From an uncultured Verrucomicrobiae bacterium (GTDB lineage: Bacteria > Verrucomicrobiota > Verrucomicrobiia > Chthoniobacterales > Terrimicrobiaceae), in the NCBI GenBank assembly GCA_963784465.1, contig CAWASQ010000093.1, forward strand, positions 4,411-68,410: 64,000 bases of DNA. Reading direction: 5' to 3'. The notes under the pieces were generated by a model that saw only the letters and a program-made list of their open reading frames with translations, did no database searches and had not been told where the DNA came from. The position numbers and the translations under genes were made by a program. Positions 63,373 to 64,000 of the stretch are shown piece by piece (position 1 is the first letter of the stretch; every line of letters begins with the position of its first letter).

Positions 63373-64000
63373 ATGGCTGACTATTTCACTCTGCTGCGAG
63401 ACCGAGTAACACTCAAGTGTCGTTCCATCGACCGCATCTTCTTGCAGGCTTATGTGCCGAAACTGCAGACGGTAGGCCAAGTCTGTACTTTTCTGCGTTG
63501 GCAGCGAAGATTCCCGATTCCTTCCTCGGCCGCCTTTGGCAAGATCGGGAATGGCTATGTAGAAGCCGTCTCTTGTTATGCCAAGGCTCACAATATTCCG
63601 GTGGTGCGCTTGGAGAAAGGAGAGGACAAGGAGAAAACAGCGCGCCCGTTTCTGGAGGCCGCCGCTCGCGAAGGCAAGGACCGAGTCGTCTTGATTGGCA
63701 TCGCTCAAGAGAAAGCCTCCGCTTGGCGATCCTGGAAGAGCAAGGGCCAGGAGAAAGCCGCTCATCCGCACATGGAATGGGGCCGACAGATGACCTATAT
63801 CAATCACTTCTATTTCTACCTCTGGGACTCGGACTGGGGCGCGGCGTTCTGGAAGACTAACGCCTATGCCCCCTATCCGATTTGGCTCTGGCTCAACGGT
63901 CATGAGTGGGCTAAACGGCAACTCGAGAAAGCTCGAATTGGTTATGAGGCCCTCGACAATGGGTTCCGTTCTTGTGAAGATCCAGCCGCCTTGCAAAAGG
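63373..64000 (+). CDS. paralog of the 20997-22616 transposase-like protein (partial, runs off the window)
   Basis: ATG at 63373 with AGGAGG at 63361-63366. It is not in the ORF track because it has no stop in the window. MADYFTLLRDRVTLKCRSIDRIFLQAYVPKL...VVLIGIAQEKA...NHFYFYLWDSDWGAAFWKTNAYAPYPIWLWLNGHEWAKRQLEKARIGYEALDNGF. Confidence 0.7.
   Translation, partial: MADYFTLLRDRVTLKCRSIDRIFLQAYVPKLQTVGQVCTFLRWQRRFPIPSSAAFGKIGNGYVEAVSCYAKAHNIPVVRLEKGEDKEKTARPFLEAAAREGKDRVVLIGIAQEKASAWRSWKSKGQEKAAHPHMEWGRQMTYINHFYFYLWDSDWGAAFWKTNAYAPYPIWLWLNGHEWAKRQLEKARIGYEALDNGFRSCEDPAALQK

Noticed and set aside
63367-63996. 209-aa minus-strand ORF and the 63417-63860 plus-strand ORF from the track
   Set aside because: Both overlap the open-ended frame starting at 63373. 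That frame has a strong RBS and clear paralogy to 20997-22616, and these two lack any motif.

Overview
This 64-kb bacterial window has no rRNA genes and no CRISPR array. It splits into four blocks.

(1) 1-17.9 kb: a tmRNA gene (ssrA) followed by an integrase/excisionase island. A degenerate copy of the ssrA 3' end lies at 17.9 kb. The cargo includes an IS110 relic, gene fragments and a light-response module. That module holds a CarH/LitR-type B12 photoreceptor-regulator with phased operator-like repeats, read divergently from a CrtI / aldehyde dehydrogenase / CrtI / acyltransferase chain. It also holds an SRPBCC gene, a 5'-truncated class II photolyase and a Cys-less LOV-like PAS protein.

(2) 17.9-24.5 kb: a mosaic of relics. 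These are IS1595 and SnoaL-like fragments, a tRNA-Thr 3' fragment, a broken MFS transporter, and an intact 539-aa transposase-like protein of a family I cannot name. A diverged paralog of that protein runs off the right edge of the window.

(3) 24.9-57.2 kb: core-looking genes. These are a galactoside utilisation locus (GH2, GH42, GH36 and an ABC importer), argB-argJ-argC, a HypX-like gene, tRNA-Pro, gpsA-plsY, msrB, a LamG/MBOAT/AlgJ-like O-acylation cluster and DoxX.

(4) 57.2-64 kb: tRNA-Gly followed by an integrase remnant, a degenerate IS3 element, two IS110 relics, an AT-rich orphan patch and DUF72.

Frame disruptions occur in mobile genes and also in housekeeping argB, GH42, hypX and an AlgJ-like gene. 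Pseudogene calls may therefore partly reflect assembly indels.

I did not find a clear-cut new defence or secretion system. The most interesting items are the CarH module and its operator, the unnamed transposase-like family with TTGACTCA-core flanking repeats, and a 71-77 bp structured repeat shared by two unrelated IS 3' regions. All family names come from motif recognition by eye, not from database searches.
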